NCBI GenBank assembly: GCA_963732385.1 | Contig: CAVSZB010000007.1 | Span: 352,001 to 416,000, forward strand | From: an uncultured bacterium | GTDB taxonomy: Bacteria > Krumholzibacteriota > Krumholzibacteriia > LZORAL124-64-63 | Direction: 5' to 3' | Length of the DNA stretch: 64,000 nucleotides | Part shown: one piece after another, positions 49,135 through 58,978 of the stretch | Layout of the letters: each line of letters starts with the position of its first letter | Numbering within the stretch: the stretch's first letter is position 1 | Translations under genes and position numbers: made by a program | The notes under the pieces: model-generated | What the model was told of the DNA's origin: nothing | Database searches by the model: none | The model's input: the letters and a program-made list of their open reading frames with translations, nothing else

Positions 49135-50000
49135 GAGCCGGCCCCCGCATCGCCGGCGGCCGCGGCTGCCGCCTTGAGCGGCTGCTCGGCGTGGCGGATC
49201 CAGATCGGGCCGAGGAACTCGGTCTGCACGAAGCCCACTTCGCCCCGCTTGCACAGTTCGAGCAGAGCGATGAACGTCACCACGACCTCCATCTTGATGG
49301 CGTAGCCCGCGAACAGTTCGTCGAAGCGGACCAGCGGGCCGGTCTGCAGGCGCTCGCGGATGCGCGCCATCTTCTCGTCCACCGTAAACGGCTCGCGCTG
49401 CACGGTGTGCACGGACGGCACATCCAGCTTCTCGAGCACGTTGGACAGCGCCGAGAGCAGTTCGTACATGTTGAAGCGGAGCTGCGGCGGCGGCAGGTCC
49501 TGCTCGTCGAGGAACGGCCAGCGCGCCTGGCGCACGTGCCAGCGGCTCCGTTCATCCTCCTGGCCGCGCAGCGCGACGGCGGCCTCCTTGAAACGCTTGT
49601 ATTCGAGGAGACGCCGCACCAGTTCGGCGCGCGGGTCCTCTTCGTCGAGCGACTCGGTCGGCTGAACCGGCAGCAGCAGGCGCGCCTTGATGCGCGTCAG
49701 CGTGGCCGCCATGACGAGAAAGTCGCCGGCGGTGTCGATATCGAGCGCCTGGATCACGGCGAGATACTTCAAATACTGCGCGGTGATCTGGCCGACCGGG
49801 ATATCGTAGATGTCGATCTCGTCCTTCTGGATCAGATAGAGCAGCAGGTCGAGCGGGCCCTGGAAGGCCGCCAGATCGACGCGGTACGCTTCACTGGACC
49901 GGAAGTACTCGAGGTCGGACGGCAGGCGGTCGAGCAGGTCGCCGGGGGGCGGCGCGGCGTCGAGCGCGGGGGTCGAAAGATCCTCCCTGGGTCGGATCAC
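49131..50000 (-). CDS. scpA: Segregation and condensation protein A
   Basis: FQGPLDLLLYLI, FLVMAATL, DPRAELVRRLLEY, VTFIALLEL. Confidence 0.93.
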   Translation of the reverse strand: MIRPREDLSTPALDAAPPPGDLLDRLPSDLEYFRSSEAYRVDLAAFQGPLDLLLYLIQKDEIDIYDIPVGQITAQYLKYLAVIQALDIDTAGDFLVMAATLTRIKARLLLPVQPTESLDEEDPRAELVRRLLEYKRFKEAAVALRGQEDERSRWHVRQARWPFLDEQDLPPPQLRFNMYELLSALSNVLEKLDVPSVHTVQREPFTVDEKMARIRERLQTGPLVRFDELFAGYAIKMEVVVTFIALLELCKRGEVGFVQTEFLGPIWIRHAEQPLKAAAAAAGDAGAGS

Positions 50001-50013
50001 GGGTCGCTCCTTC

Positions 50014-51024
50014 TTACCCGACGTGAATGGCCTCGCGCACGCGCTCGAGCGTGGCGATGGCCGCGGCGCGCGCGGCGGCGCAGCCGGCGGAAATGATTTC
50101 GTCCACCGTGCCTGGCGCGGCCTCGAAGTGCGCCCGCCGCTCGCGCAGCGGCTCAAAATGCGCGATCGCGCGATCGCCGAGCAGCCGCTTGCAGTCCACG
50201 CAGCCGCGCGTGGCGGCGCGGCACTCGGTGGCGGTCTGCTCGACGCCGTCAGGCGCGAATTTCTGCCACCAGGTATAAATGGCGCAGACCTCGGGGTGCC
50301 CCGGATCGGCGCGCCGCAGCCGGGCCGGATCGGTGAACGCCGGCTTGAGCTTCGCGCGGATCTCCTCCGGCGAGGCGGCGATCTCGATCGTGTTGCCGAG
50401 CGATTTGCTCATGCGCCGTCCGTCGGTGCCGGGGAAGCGGCCGAACGGCGTGACCAGCGCCTCCGGCTCCGGAAACACGTTGCCGAACAGGAAATTGAAG
50501 CGCCGGGCCATCTCCCGCGTCAGCTCGAGGTGGGGCAGCTGGTCCTCCCCCACCGGGACGGCGTGCGCGCGATAGGCGAGGATGTCGGCGGCCTGCAGGA
50601 CCGGGTAACCGAGATGGCCGTAGCTGATCTCGCCGCCCAGCTCGAGGTCGCGCACCTGCTCCTTGAACGTGGGATTGCGTTCGAGCCGTCCCATCGTCAC
50701 CAGCATTCCGAGCAGCAGGAACAGCTCCGCGTGCTCCTTCACCGCCGACTGGACGAACAGGACCGAGCGGTCGGGATCGATACCGGCGCCGAGCCAATCG
50801 AGCACCATCTCCCGGCTGTTGCCGGGAATCTCCGACGCCTTGTCGAGCGCGGTGGTGAGCACATGCCAGTCGGCCACCATGAAGTAGCAGTGCCAGCCGT
50901 CCTGCAGGCGGACCCAGTTTTCGAGGGCGCCGGTGTAGTTGCCCCAGTGCAGACGGCCGGTGGGCCGGGCGCCGCTCAAAACGGTCCGGCGGGAATCGGG
51001 GGGGGAACCGGTGCTCGGAACCAA
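50014..51024 (-). CDS. trpS: Tryptophan--tRNA ligase
   Basis: SGARPTGRLHWGN, YPVLQAADI, VPVGEDQ, RMSKS; TTG start inferred. Confidence 0.95.
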   Translation of the reverse strand: MVPSTGSPPDSRRTVLSGARPTGRLHWGNYTGALENWVRLQDGWHCYFMVADWHVLTTALDKASEIPGNSREMVLDWLGAGIDPDRSVLFVQSAVKEHAELFLLLGMLVTMGRLERNPTFKEQVRDLELGGEISYGHLGYPVLQAADILAYRAHAVPVGEDQLPHLELTREMARRFNFLFGNVFPEPEALVTPFGRFPGTDGRRMSKSLGNTIEIAASPEEIRAKLKPAFTDPARLRRADPGHPEVCAIYTWWQKFAPDGVEQTATECRAATRGCVDCKRLLGDRAIAHFEPLRERRAHFEAAPGTVDEIISAGCAAARAAAIATLERVREAIHVG

Positions 51025-51088
51025 GCGTGCCTGCCTTCGGGGATGGATGCGCCAGCGGCGGGCCCGATCACCCGCGAAACGGAGCGCA

Positions 51089-51117
51089 ACAGTACCATTG
51101 CCCTCCGGCGATGTCAA
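51089..51117 (-). promoter_or_regulatory. Sigma70 promoter upstream of trpS
   Basis: TTGACA-N17-TACTGT. Confidence 0.65.
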
Positions 51118-51132
51118 AGCGCGAGGCTCGCC

Positions 51133-52047
51133 TCAGCGGCGTCGCGGCCCCCGGGCGCGCGGGTGCGCCGCGCGGTAGGCCTCGAGAAGATGCGTCTGAC
51201 TGACGTGGGTGTAGATCTCGGTAGTGCCGATGTCGGCATGGCCGAGCAGCGCCTGTACGACCCGCAGGTCCGCTCCCCCCTCGAGCAGGTGAGTGGCGTA
51301 GCTGTGGCGCAGGGCGTGCGGCGTCACCTCCACCCCCAGCCCCGCCGCGAGGGCGTGGCGCTTGAGCAGTTGCCAGACCCCCCCCCGGGTGAGCCGGCCG
51401 CCGCGCAGGTTGAGGATGAGGGCGGCGCTGGGGCGTCGGCCGCGGCAGACGGGACGCCCGCGGGCCAGGTACGCCGCCACGGCGCGCAGCGCCGGCTCGC
51501 CGACCGGCAGCAGGCGCTCCTTGCTCCCCTTGCCGAGCACCCGCACGGTGCGGTCGGCCGGGTCGAGATCGCCCAGGTCGAGCCCGCACAACTCGCTCAC
51601 CCGCAGGCCGCAGCCGTAGAGCAGTTCGAGGATGGCCCGGTCGCGCAGGCCGGCCGGCTCGCCGACCGCCGGGGCGCGCAGCAGCCGAACCACCTGACCC
51701 GCGGTCAGCACGCGGGGCAGCCGTCGCCCGATCCTCGGCGCCAGCAGCGTGGTGGTAGGATCGCCGCGACTGAGCCCCTCGGTGACCAGGAAGCGGTGGA
51801 AACCGCGCAACGTGGAGAGCAGGCGGGCGCGGGAGCGGGCGCCGAGCCGCCCGGCCGCGGCGATCAGGAAGCGCCGCAGGTCGGCGTCGCGCAGGTCGGC
51901 CGGGGCCGCGATCCGCTCGCGCTCAGCCCACAGGCGGAGCCCTGCGAGGTCGCGGCGGTACGCCAGGAGCGTGTTGCGCGCCAGCCCCCGTTCAGCGGAG
52001 AGATGCGCGATGAACGCGCCGATGGCGACCTCCCATTCCGCCGCCAT
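51133..52047 (-). CDS. xerD: Tyrosine recombinase XerD-like
   Basis: GLRVSEL, GKGSKER, PHALRHSYATHLLEGGADLRVVQ, LGH, TEIYTH. Confidence 0.88.
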   Translation of the reverse strand: MAAEWEVAIGAFIAHLSAERGLARNTLLAYRRDLAGLRLWAERERIAAPADLRDADLRRFLIAAAGRLGARSRARLLSTLRGFHRFLVTEGLSRGDPTTTLLAPRIGRRLPRVLTAGQVVRLLRAPAVGEPAGLRDRAILELLYGCGLRVSELCGLDLGDLDPADRTVRVLGKGSKERLLPVGEPALRAVAAYLARGRPVCRGRRPSAALILNLRGGRLTRGGVWQLLKRHALAAGLGVEVTPHALRHSYATHLLEGGADLRVVQALLGHADIGTTEIYTHVSQTHLLEAYRAAHPRARGPRRR

Positions 52048-53924
52048 CAGCGACCGTCCCGCGCGGCGAACCAGGCCAGGATGCGCTCCGCGTCGTTGCG
52101 GGAGAGGCCGCGGACCGCGCCCAGCTCCGCGGCGCCGGCCGCGCGCACGGCTGCGACGGAGCCGAAGTGGTACAACAGGGCCAGCTTCCTGGCCCGGCCG
52201 ATGCCGGGGATCGCGTCGAGCAGCGACGCCTCGGTGCGGCGGTCGCGTAGCAGTCGGTGATAGGTGATGGCAAAGCGGTGCGCCTCGTTCCGGATCCGCT
52301 GCAGATAGAGACGCGACGGATTGTGTCCCGGCAAAGAGAGCGGAGAGCGACCGCCATCGCGGTGCACGATCTCCTCCTGTTTGGCCAGGCCGATCGCCTC
52401 GGTGGCGGCGAAGCCGTGGGCGTCGAGCACATCGCGCGCCACGCCGAGCTGGCCCGGTCCCCCGTCCACCATGACCAGGTCGGGCGGCCGTTGCGCGGCG
52501 GCCGCCAGCCGACCGAAATGCCGGGTCAGCACCTCGCGCATCATCGCGTAGTCGTCGATCCCGGCGACGGTACGGATCCGGAAGCGGCGATAGGCCGACT
52601 TGAGGGGCTCGCCGCCGCGGAATGTCACCAGGGAGCCGACCGCCTCGCGCCCCTGGAAGTTCGAGATGTCGAAACAGACGATCGTCTCGGGCACGGTGCG
52701 CAGGCCGAGCGCCTCCTGCAGCCTCACCGCCGGCGCGGCGAGGCGTTTAGCGCCGCGTCCCGCCCCTGCCTCCGCCCCGAGCCGCGCCTCCCGCTCGAGC
52801 TGGTGCGCGGCGTTGGCGAGCGCCAGCGCCATCACGGCGCGCTTCGCCCCGCGCACCGGACGGCGCAACACGACACGACCGCCGCGCCGGGTCGTCAGCC
52901 AGTGCTCCCACTCCGCATGGTGCGCCAGCGGGTGCGAGACCAGCACCTCGGCCGGGACCTCCCCCGCCCGATCGTAGTACTCCCGCAGCAGCTGGGCGAG
53001 GAAGTCCTCCGGGCCGCTGGCGAGACGGTCGGCGAGCAGGAAGCGGTGCGTGGTGAGCACCTTGCCGCCGCGCACCCGCAGCACGAGGCCGCAGGCCGCC
53101 CCGCCGTCGCGAACCAGCGCGCAGACATCGAGGGCGCCGCCCAGCCCCGCCACCGCCTGGGTGGCGCCGAGCGTCCGCTCCAGCATCTGCAGGCGGTCGC
53201 GGGCGGCCGCCGCCTCCTCGTATCGCTGCGCGGCGGCGTGCGTCGCCATCTCCCGGCGCAGGTCGGCCAGGAGGCGCCGGTCGGCCCCCTCCAGGAACAG
53301 CACGAGCTGGCGTACGCGGCGGCGGTAGGTGTCGCGGCCGTCGTAGCCGACGCACGGGGCCGAGCAACGGCCGATCTGGTGGTCGAGACAGGGGCGAGGC
53401 ACGGTCTGCTCCGGCAGGTCGAGGTGGCAGGTGCGGATCCGGAACGCGCCGGCGGCGAATTTGAGCGTCTCGCGCATGGCGCGCGCATCGGTGTAGGGAC
53501 CGAAATAGCGGGCGCCGTCGGGGGCGAGGCGACGCACCACGGCCACGCGCGGGAACGGTTCCTGCACGCTCACGCGCACCCAGGGGAACGACTTGTCGTC
53601 CTTAAGGCGGATGTTGTAGAGGGGACGGTACTCCCGGATGAGTTGAGCCTCGAGCACCAGCGCCTCGAAATCGCTGGCGGTCACGATCAGGTCGAAATCG
53701 GCGATCTGGCGCACCAGCTGGGCGATGCGGGGCCCATGGTCGGCTCCGGGCTGGAAGTAGGAGCGGACGCGCTGGGCCAGGCGAAGCGCCTTGCCGACGT
53801 AGATGACCCTGCCCTGGCGGTTCTTGTGCAGGTAGACCCCCGGGGCGTCAGGCAACGTGGCCAGCCGTGCCGCCAGGGTGGCGGCACGCTCCGCGTCCGA
53901 CGGGTTGGGGTCCGGCCTTGACAT
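52047..53924 (-). CDS. uvrC: Excinuclease ABC subunit C
   Basis: PGVY...IYVGKA, YNIRLKDDK, FGPY, FDISN, DGGPGQ, RIRNEAHRFA, HhH tail. Confidence 0.96.
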   Translation of the reverse strand: MSRPDPNPSDAERAATLAARLATLPDAPGVYLHKNRQGRVIYVGKALRLAQRVRSYFQPGADHGPRIAQLVRQIADFDLIVTASDFEALVLEAQLIREYRPLYNIRLKDDKSFPWVRVSVQEPFPRVAVVRRLAPDGARYFGPYTDARAMRETLKFAAGAFRIRTCHLDLPEQTVPRPCLDHQIGRCSAPCVGYDGRDTYRRRVRQLVLFLEGADRRLLADLRREMATHAAAQRYEEAAAARDRLQMLERTLGATQAVAGLGGALDVCALVRDGGAACGLVLRVRGGKVLTTHRFLLADRLASGPEDFLAQLLREYYDRAGEVPAEVLVSHPLAHHAEWEHWLTTRRGGRVVLRRPVRGAKRAVMALALANAAHQLEREARLGAEAGAGRGAKRLAAPAVRLQEALGLRTVPETIVCFDISNFQGREAVGSLVTFRGGEPLKSAYRRFRIRTVAGIDDYAMMREVLTRHFGRLAAAAQRPPDLVMVDGGPGQLGVARDVLDAHGFAATEAIGLAKQEEIVHRDGGRSPLSLPGHNPSRLYLQRIRNEAHRFAITYHRLLRDRRTEASLLDAIPGIGRARKLALLYHFGSVAAVRAAGAAELGAVRGLSRNDAERILAWFAARDGR

Positions 53925-53946
53925 CCCTCGCCTTTCCGGCTAAATT
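53918..53946 (+). promoter_or_regulatory. Sigma70 promoter of rpsT
   Basis: TTGACA-N17-TAAATT. Confidence 0.75.
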
Positions 53947-53981
53947 CCTTCGCCTGTTCAGTTTTCAGGAGGTTGTGTTCG

Positions 53982-54239
53982 TTGCCTCATCATAAAAGTG
54001 CCAAGAAGCGGGTCCTCACCAACGAGAAGTCGCGTCTGCGCAACCGCCAGAATCGGGCGGAGATGCGTTCGACGGTGAAGACCTTCCGCGCGCTCGCCGA
54101 AGAGGGCGAGAAGGACCAGGTGGCCGCCAAGCTGCCCGCCATGCACAGCCTGATCGATGTCCAGGCGCGCAAGGGCATCATTCCGAAGCGGCGGGCCGCG
54201 CGTTTGAAGTCCCGCCTGGCCGCCCTGACCAGCAAGTAG
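53982..54239 (+). CDS. rpsT: 30S ribosomal protein S20
   Basis: AGGAGG RBS, TTG start, PHHKSAKKR...KGII...AARLKSRL. Confidence 0.95.
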   Translation: MPHHKSAKKRVLTNEKSRLRNRQNRAEMRSTVKTFRALAEEGEKDQVAAKLPAMHSLIDVQARKGIIPKRRAARLKSRLAALTSK

Positions 54240-54262
54240 CAGGCGTCGCCGCCGTCACGCTC

Positions 54263-54291
54263 GAAGGGCCCGCCCGGCGGGCCCTCTTCTT
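54263..54291 (+). terminator. Terminator between convergent rpsT and dapB
   Basis: AGGGCCCGC-CCG-GCGGGCCCT followed by CTTCTT. Confidence 0.65.
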
Positions 54292-54302
54292 GTGCCTGGC
54301 GC

Positions 54303-55037
54303 TCACCGCCCGGACGCCAGCACATCCGCCATCCCGAACAGCCCCGGTCCGCTGACGGCGGCAAAGCGCACCGCCGGCGCCACTCCGCGCAGGAAGGCCT
54401 GGCGGGAGTGCGCGCGATGGGTCAGGACGAGGGTCTCCTCGGCGTCGGCGAGCGTCCAGGAATGCTCGCCGGTGATCCCCCCCAGCCGCTGCGCGTGGAC
54501 CGTGACCGGACCGTCGCCCCGCACCGTCTCCCAGGCCGCGGCGAGCTGGCGTGCGGTGCCGCTGGGCGCATCGCGCTTCTGCGCGTGGTGCGTTTCGACC
54601 TGCTCCGCGCCGAACCCGGCCGGCAGGATCCGCGCGAGCAGTTCCAGGGCCATCTGCAGGGCCGGAATTCCGGCGCTGAAGTTGGCGGCGTGGACGACCG
54701 CGTGGTCGCGCGCGTAGACCGCCAGCGTCGCCTGCTGCGCCGGCGTGTATCCCGTGGTGCCGATCACGAGCGGAGCACGGGTGGCCGCAGCGCCGGCCAG
54801 CAGTCCCTCGAGCGCGCCCGCCAGCGAGAAGTCCACGATCACCCCGCCCGGCGGATGCGCGGCGGCCAGCCCCTCCTGTCCGGTCAGCTCCAGCCCGGGG
54901 TGGAACGTGCCGGCCGGCCGGCCGCGTCCCGGCTCCGTCACCAGGGCGGCGAGGCGGACGTCGGTCGTGGTTGCCAGCAGTTCGGTCACCAGGCGACCCA
55001 TGCGTCCCTCGGCCCCATGCACGGTGACGTCGATCAT
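54303..55037 (-). CDS. dapB: 4-hydroxy-tetrahydrodipicolinate reductase
   Basis: GAEGRMG, VDFS, IGTTG, ANFSAG, ETHHAQKRDAPSGTA. Confidence 0.92.
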   Translation of the reverse strand: MIDVTVHGAEGRMGRLVTELLATTTDVRLAALVTEPGRGRPAGTFHPGLELTGQEGLAAAHPPGGVIVDFSLAGALEGLLAGAAATRAPLVIGTTGYTPAQQATLAVYARDHAVVHAANFSAGIPALQMALELLARILPAGFGAEQVETHHAQKRDAPSGTARQLAAAWETVRGDGPVTVHAQRLGGITGEHSWTLADAEETLVLTHRAHSRQAFLRGVAPAVRFAAVSGPGLFGMADVLASGR

Positions 55038-55951
55038 GCGTCGTCCTCCCCGTCCCGCGCGACCAGCGCGGCGAGCGTGGTGGCATGGAAACGGGAAAGG
55101 AATTCGGCGTGCGCCGCCGTGACCGTCGCCAGCGGCGGCCGCGGCTCGCGTCCGCACAGGCCGAGCCGGTGCAGCAGCTCCTTTACGGGGACCGGGTTGG
55201 TCTCCACGAAGCACGCCTTGACGACCGGGTCGAGCCGGCGCGAAAGCCAGAACGCGCGCGCCACGTCGCCCGCCTGCCAGGCCCGCCACATCCGCACCAC
55301 GGCGCCCGGGAGCAGGTTGCTGACGACCGACACGGTGCCACGCGCGCCGAGCCCCCAGACCGGGAAGCTGAGCCCGTCGTCGCCGCAGAACACCTTCAGG
55401 TCGCAGCGGCCGATCGCCTCCTCGATCTGATCGGGGTTGCCGCTCGATTCCTTCAGGGCCACCACGTTCGGCTCCGCGGCGATCTCGGCGGCGGTAGCCG
55501 GCAGCAGGTTCACAGCCGTGCGTCCCGGCACGTTGTAGACCATGATCGGCAGGTCGACCGCGCGGGCCACGGCCTGGAAGTGCGCCACCAGGGCGTGCGG
55601 CTGCGGTTTGTTGTAGAACGGGGTGACGACGAGCGCGGCGTCGGCGCCCCATTCGCGCGCGGCGCGCACGTTCTCGATCGTGGTGCGGGTGTCGTTGGTG
55701 CCGGCCCCGGCGACGACGGCGCAGCGGCCGCGCGCCAGGTCGAGACAGGAGCGCACGAGCCACTCCCTCTCCGCCAGGGTCAGCGTCGCCCCCTCGCCGG
55801 TGCTGCCGGCCGGCACGAGGCCCGCCACGCCGGCGTCGAGCTGACGGTTCACCAGGCGCACCCACGCCTCACGGTCCACTTCGCCGTCGCGCAGCGGCGT
55901 CACCAGGGCTGTGTAGATGCCGTCGGGCATCGTCCAGGTCTTGTCAGTCAT
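55034..55951 (-). CDS. dapA: 4-hydroxy-tetrahydrodipicolinate synthase
   Basis: ALVTP, GSTGE, PFYNKP, YNVPGRT, LKES, ETNPVPVK. Confidence 0.95.
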   Translation of the reverse strand: MTDKTWTMPDGIYTALVTPLRDGEVDREAWVRLVNRQLDAGVAGLVPAGSTGEGATLTLAEREWLVRSCLDLARGRCAVVAGAGTNDTRTTIENVRAAREWGADAALVVTPFYNKPQPHALVAHFQAVARAVDLPIMVYNVPGRTAVNLLPATAAEIAAEPNVVALKESSGNPDQIEEAIGRCDLKVFCGDDGLSFPVWGLGARGTVSVVSNLLPGAVVRMWRAWQAGDVARAFWLSRRLDPVVKACFVETNPVPVKELLHRLGLCGREPRPPLATVTAAHAEFLSRFHATTLAALVARDGEDDA

Positions 55952-56768
55952 CCAGGTCCACCTCTCCTGTGAAGGCCACGGCTGCCGGCCCGCGCAGGTG
56001 CAGGCGGGGACCGGCGGCGTCCTCCTCGAGCGTGATCGTCAGGGTGTCGCCGCCGTGCGTGAGCAGCGCCACGGGCGAAACGGCCAGGCCGAGCCGGCAG
56101 AGCACGAACGCCACGGCCGAGGCGCCGGTTCCGCAGGCGAGGGTCTCCCCCTCGACGCCGCGCTCGAAGGTGCGCAGCCGGTGCGGCGCATCGACCGCAC
56201 CGCCGGGGCTGACCCAGTTGACGTTCGCGCCGGCGGGACCGCCGGCGGGGTGCCGGCGCAGGACCGGTCCCCAGCGCCCGGGATCGACCGCGTCGACGTC
56301 GTCGACAGGAATGACGAGGTGCGGCACGCCGGTGTTGACGAAGTGCGCGGCGGGAAACGGCAGCTCCGCGCCGAGGTCAAGCTGCAGGCGCAGATCGCGC
56401 GGCGGGGTGAGCTGCACGCTGATCTCGCCCGCCTCGCGGCGCCCGGTGACCGGGCCGCTGCGGGTGCGAAAGACGCAGGTCTCGCCGCGCACCAGACCGA
56501 TCGCGCGCGCGAAGGCGACGGCGCAACGGGCGCCATTGCCGCACATGTCGGCCTCGCCGCCGTCCGCGTTATAGTAGGTCATGGCGAAGTCCTGGTCGCG
56601 ATCGGGCGCCACGATGATCAGTCCGTCTCCGCCGACGCCCCGCCGGCGGTCGCACAGGCCGGCGATGCGCGCGGCGTCGAGACCGACGGCCGGCAGATTC
56701 CGGCCGTCGATCATGACGAAATCGTTGCCCGCGCCATGCATCTTGACGAAAGCGAGCGGCTGCTTCAC
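55944..56768 (-). CDS. dapF: Diaminopimelate epimerase
   Basis: KMHGAGNDF, MCGNGARC, GVPH, TFERGVEGETLACGTG. Confidence 0.96.
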   Translation of the reverse strand: MKQPLAFVKMHGAGNDFVMIDGRNLPAVGLDAARIAGLCDRRRGVGGDGLIIVAPDRDQDFAMTYYNADGGEADMCGNGARCAVAFARAIGLVRGETCVFRTRSGPVTGRREAGEISVQLTPPRDLRLQLDLGAELPFPAAHFVNTGVPHLVIPVDDVDAVDPGRWGPVLRRHPAGGPAGANVNWVSPGGAVDAPHRLRTFERGVEGETLACGTGASAVAFVLCRLGLAVSPVALLTHGGDTLTITLEEDAAGPRLHLRGPAAVAFTGEVDLDD

Positions 56769-56793
56769 CCCGGCTCCTTCCCGGCGGGTCGTC

Positions 56794-58026
56794 TCAACGG
56801 CGGGCGGCGGTGTCGGGCGGCGCGTGGCCGCTGTCGGCGGGGGCCCCGCTCCAGGGGGTCAGGTTAGCAGGGAAGCGACCGGCGCGAAAGACGGTTTCGA
56901 GACCCGGTTCCACGGCGAGGGAGTCGACCAGCAGGTGCGGTTCGAGCCAGCGGAGCAGGCGCTGAGGCGACTGCGTCGCGCTGCTGTCCTGCGGCTGCGT
57001 CGCGCTGCTGTCGAGCGGCTGCGTCGCAACGCTGAAGAGGCTGTCGCCGTCGAGATCGGCGAACAGGATCAGGCGCACGAGGCCGGGTCCGGCCTTGTCC
57101 CACACCACGCGGGTGCCGCGCGGCACGGGACGCTGCCCCGGCGGGCGGCGGCTCGACGGCAGCGCGACCCAGCCGCTGTCGGAGTCGGCGATCCGCTCCA
57201 CCCAGCCGTACAGGGGGGCGGTCCAGGGGGGAGTGCTGTCGATCACGCCGGCGACCAGGCCGGGGTCGGTAGGGGCGAAGATTGTGGCCGCCGCGAGGGC
57301 GAGCCGGGGGCTGGCCGCAGTGATCCGAACGGTGTCGGGCAGCAGACGTTCCGCCTCCCCCTCCCCCGCGCGGCGGTCGTTGTTCGCGTCGACCCAGGCG
57401 TGCAGCAGCCAGGGACCGCCCGGAGCGTACAGCCAGGGGAAACGGAAACGGCCGAGGGAGTCGGTGTCCGCACGGCGGAGCACAGGGCGCCGGCTCCAGA
57501 CCAGCGTCTCGGGCCACGCCGGCAGCAGTTCGACCACCCCCTGGCGCACCGCCTTGCCGCCGAGCACGAGCGAGCCGCCGATCTCACCGCCGGGGAGACT
57601 GTCGTCGGTGGCGATCGCCCAGACCCGGCCGGCTTTGCTGGCGACCCGGTGCGCGTCGGGCAGGCCGGCCGGCACTTCAACCACGATCACCGTATCGGGC
57701 GGCAGGGGCGCCGCGAGCACGACCCGGGCCGTGCGGCGCCCCTCCCACGCGGTACGTTCCACCGTGAGCGGCGGATAGGTGCGGATGAGCCGCGTGGCCG
57801 GGCGCGGATCGACCTTCTCGCCGAAGGTGAACCGCAGTTCCCGCACGTCTCCCAGCCCGACCGTCCCCGACTCCGGCCAGGCCGCCGTCAGTCGGGGCGG
57901 CGTCTTGTCCTCCGGGCCGCCCCGCGGCGCCTCGATCGTCGCGCAGGCCGCCCCGAGCGTGAGCGCAAGCGCGGCGGCCAGCCCAGGGAGCCGGCGCGCG
58001 GCGGCCGGGAGCGGGCCGGTCCTCAT
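56794..58026 (-). CDS. Ig-like (Big_5-type) lipoprotein
   Basis: Lipobox GAAC then PRGGPEDKTPP; DANND and DLDGD Ca-binding-like loops. Confidence 0.7.
   Translation of the reverse strand: MRTGPLPAAARRLPGLAAALALTLGAACATIEAPRGGPEDKTPPRLTAAWPESGTVGLGDVRELRFTFGEKVDPRPATRLIRTYPPLTVERTAWEGRRTARVVLAAPLPPDTVIVVEVPAGLPDAHRVASKAGRVWAIATDDSLPGGEIGGSLVLGGKAVRQGVVELLPAWPETLVWSRRPVLRRADTDSLGRFRFPWLYAPGGPWLLHAWVDANNDRRAGEGEAERLLPDTVRITAASPRLALAAATIFAPTDPGLVAGVIDSTPPWTAPLYGWVERIADSDSGWVALPSSRRPPGQRPVPRGTRVVWDKAGPGLVRLILFADLDGDSLFSVATQPLDSSATQPQDSSATQSPQRLLRWLEPHLLVDSLAVEPGLETVFRAGRFPANLTPWSGAPADSGHAPPDTAARR
56971..57027. repeat. In-frame 24-bp tandem repeat (2.4 copies)
   Basis: CTGCGTCGCGCTGCTGTCnnGCGG; encodes ATQPLDSS-ATQPQDSS-ATQ. 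Confidence 0.85.
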
Positions 58027-58027
58027 G

Positions 58028-58948
58028 TCAGCCCATCAGCAGGGCCAGGATGGCCCGCTGCGCGTGCAGACGATTCTCCGCCTGGTCGAATACGGCGGAG
58101 CGGGGTCCGTCCATGATCGAGTCGGTGATCTCCTCGCCACGATGGGCCGGCAGGCAGTGCAGCACGATGCACGACGGATCGGCGGCGGCGAGCAGGTCGT
58201 CGTTGATCTGGAAGCCGGTGAAATCGCGTAGCCGCTTCTGGGACTCGGCCTCCTGCCCCATGCTGGTCCAGACGTCGCCGTAGACCACGTGGGCGCCGGC
58301 CACCGCCTCGCGCGGATCGTTGGTGATCTCGAACATGGCGCCGGCGGCGTCGGCCTGGCGGACGATCGCCTCGTCGGGCTCGTAACCGGGCGGGCAGGCC
58401 AGCTTGAAAGTGAAGGGGAACCGCATGGCGGCCGTCAACCAGCTGTGCGCGAGATTGTTTCCGTCGCCGACCATGACCACGGTCTTGTCCTCGATCGTGC
58501 CGAGGTGTTCCTCGACGGTGAGAATGTCGCCCATGACCTGGCAGGGGTGCAGCAGGTCGGTCAGGCCGTTGATCACCGGCACCGTGGCGTGGCGGGCGAG
58601 CTGGTCGACGTCCGACTGCGCGAACGTGCGGATCATGATCGCATCCACGAAACGCGACAGCACCTGGGCGACGTCGTGCACCGACTCGCGCTTGCCCAGA
58701 CCGATCTCCTGGTCGGTGATGTAGAGCGAGGTGCCGCCGAGCTGCCGGATCGCGACCTCGAAACTGACACGGGTGCGCAGGCTCGGCTTGGCGAAGACAC
58801 AGGCCAGCACGCGGCCGGGGTGTGACGGCGGCAGTTCGTGCCGCCGCGCCAGCGGCTTCTGCTGTTTCGCCAACTCGAGGATCCGGCGCAGATCCGCGCT
58901 GGTGTGCTGCTCGATGGTGAGAAAGTCCTTCTGGTTTCCGAGTGCCAT
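58028..58948 (-). CDS. argF: Ornithine carbamoyltransferase
   Basis: KPSLRTR, HPCQ, GDGNN, DVWTSMG, HCLP, QAENR. Confidence 0.93.
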   Translation of the reverse strand: MALGNQKDFLTIEQHTSADLRRILELAKQQKPLARRHELPPSHPGRVLACVFAKPSLRTRVSFEVAIRQLGGTSLYITDQEIGLGKRESVHDVAQVLSRFVDAIMIRTFAQSDVDQLARHATVPVINGLTDLLHPCQVMGDILTVEEHLGTIEDKTVVMVGDGNNLAHSWLTAAMRFPFTFKLACPPGYEPDEAIVRQADAAGAMFEITNDPREAVAGAHVVYGDVWTSMGQEAESQKRLRDFTGFQINDDLLAAADPSCIVLHCLPAHRGEEITDSIMDGPRSAVFDQAENRLHAQRAILALLMG

Positions 58949-58978
58949 GCCATCTCCTTGTCTGGTGCCTTGAGCCGG

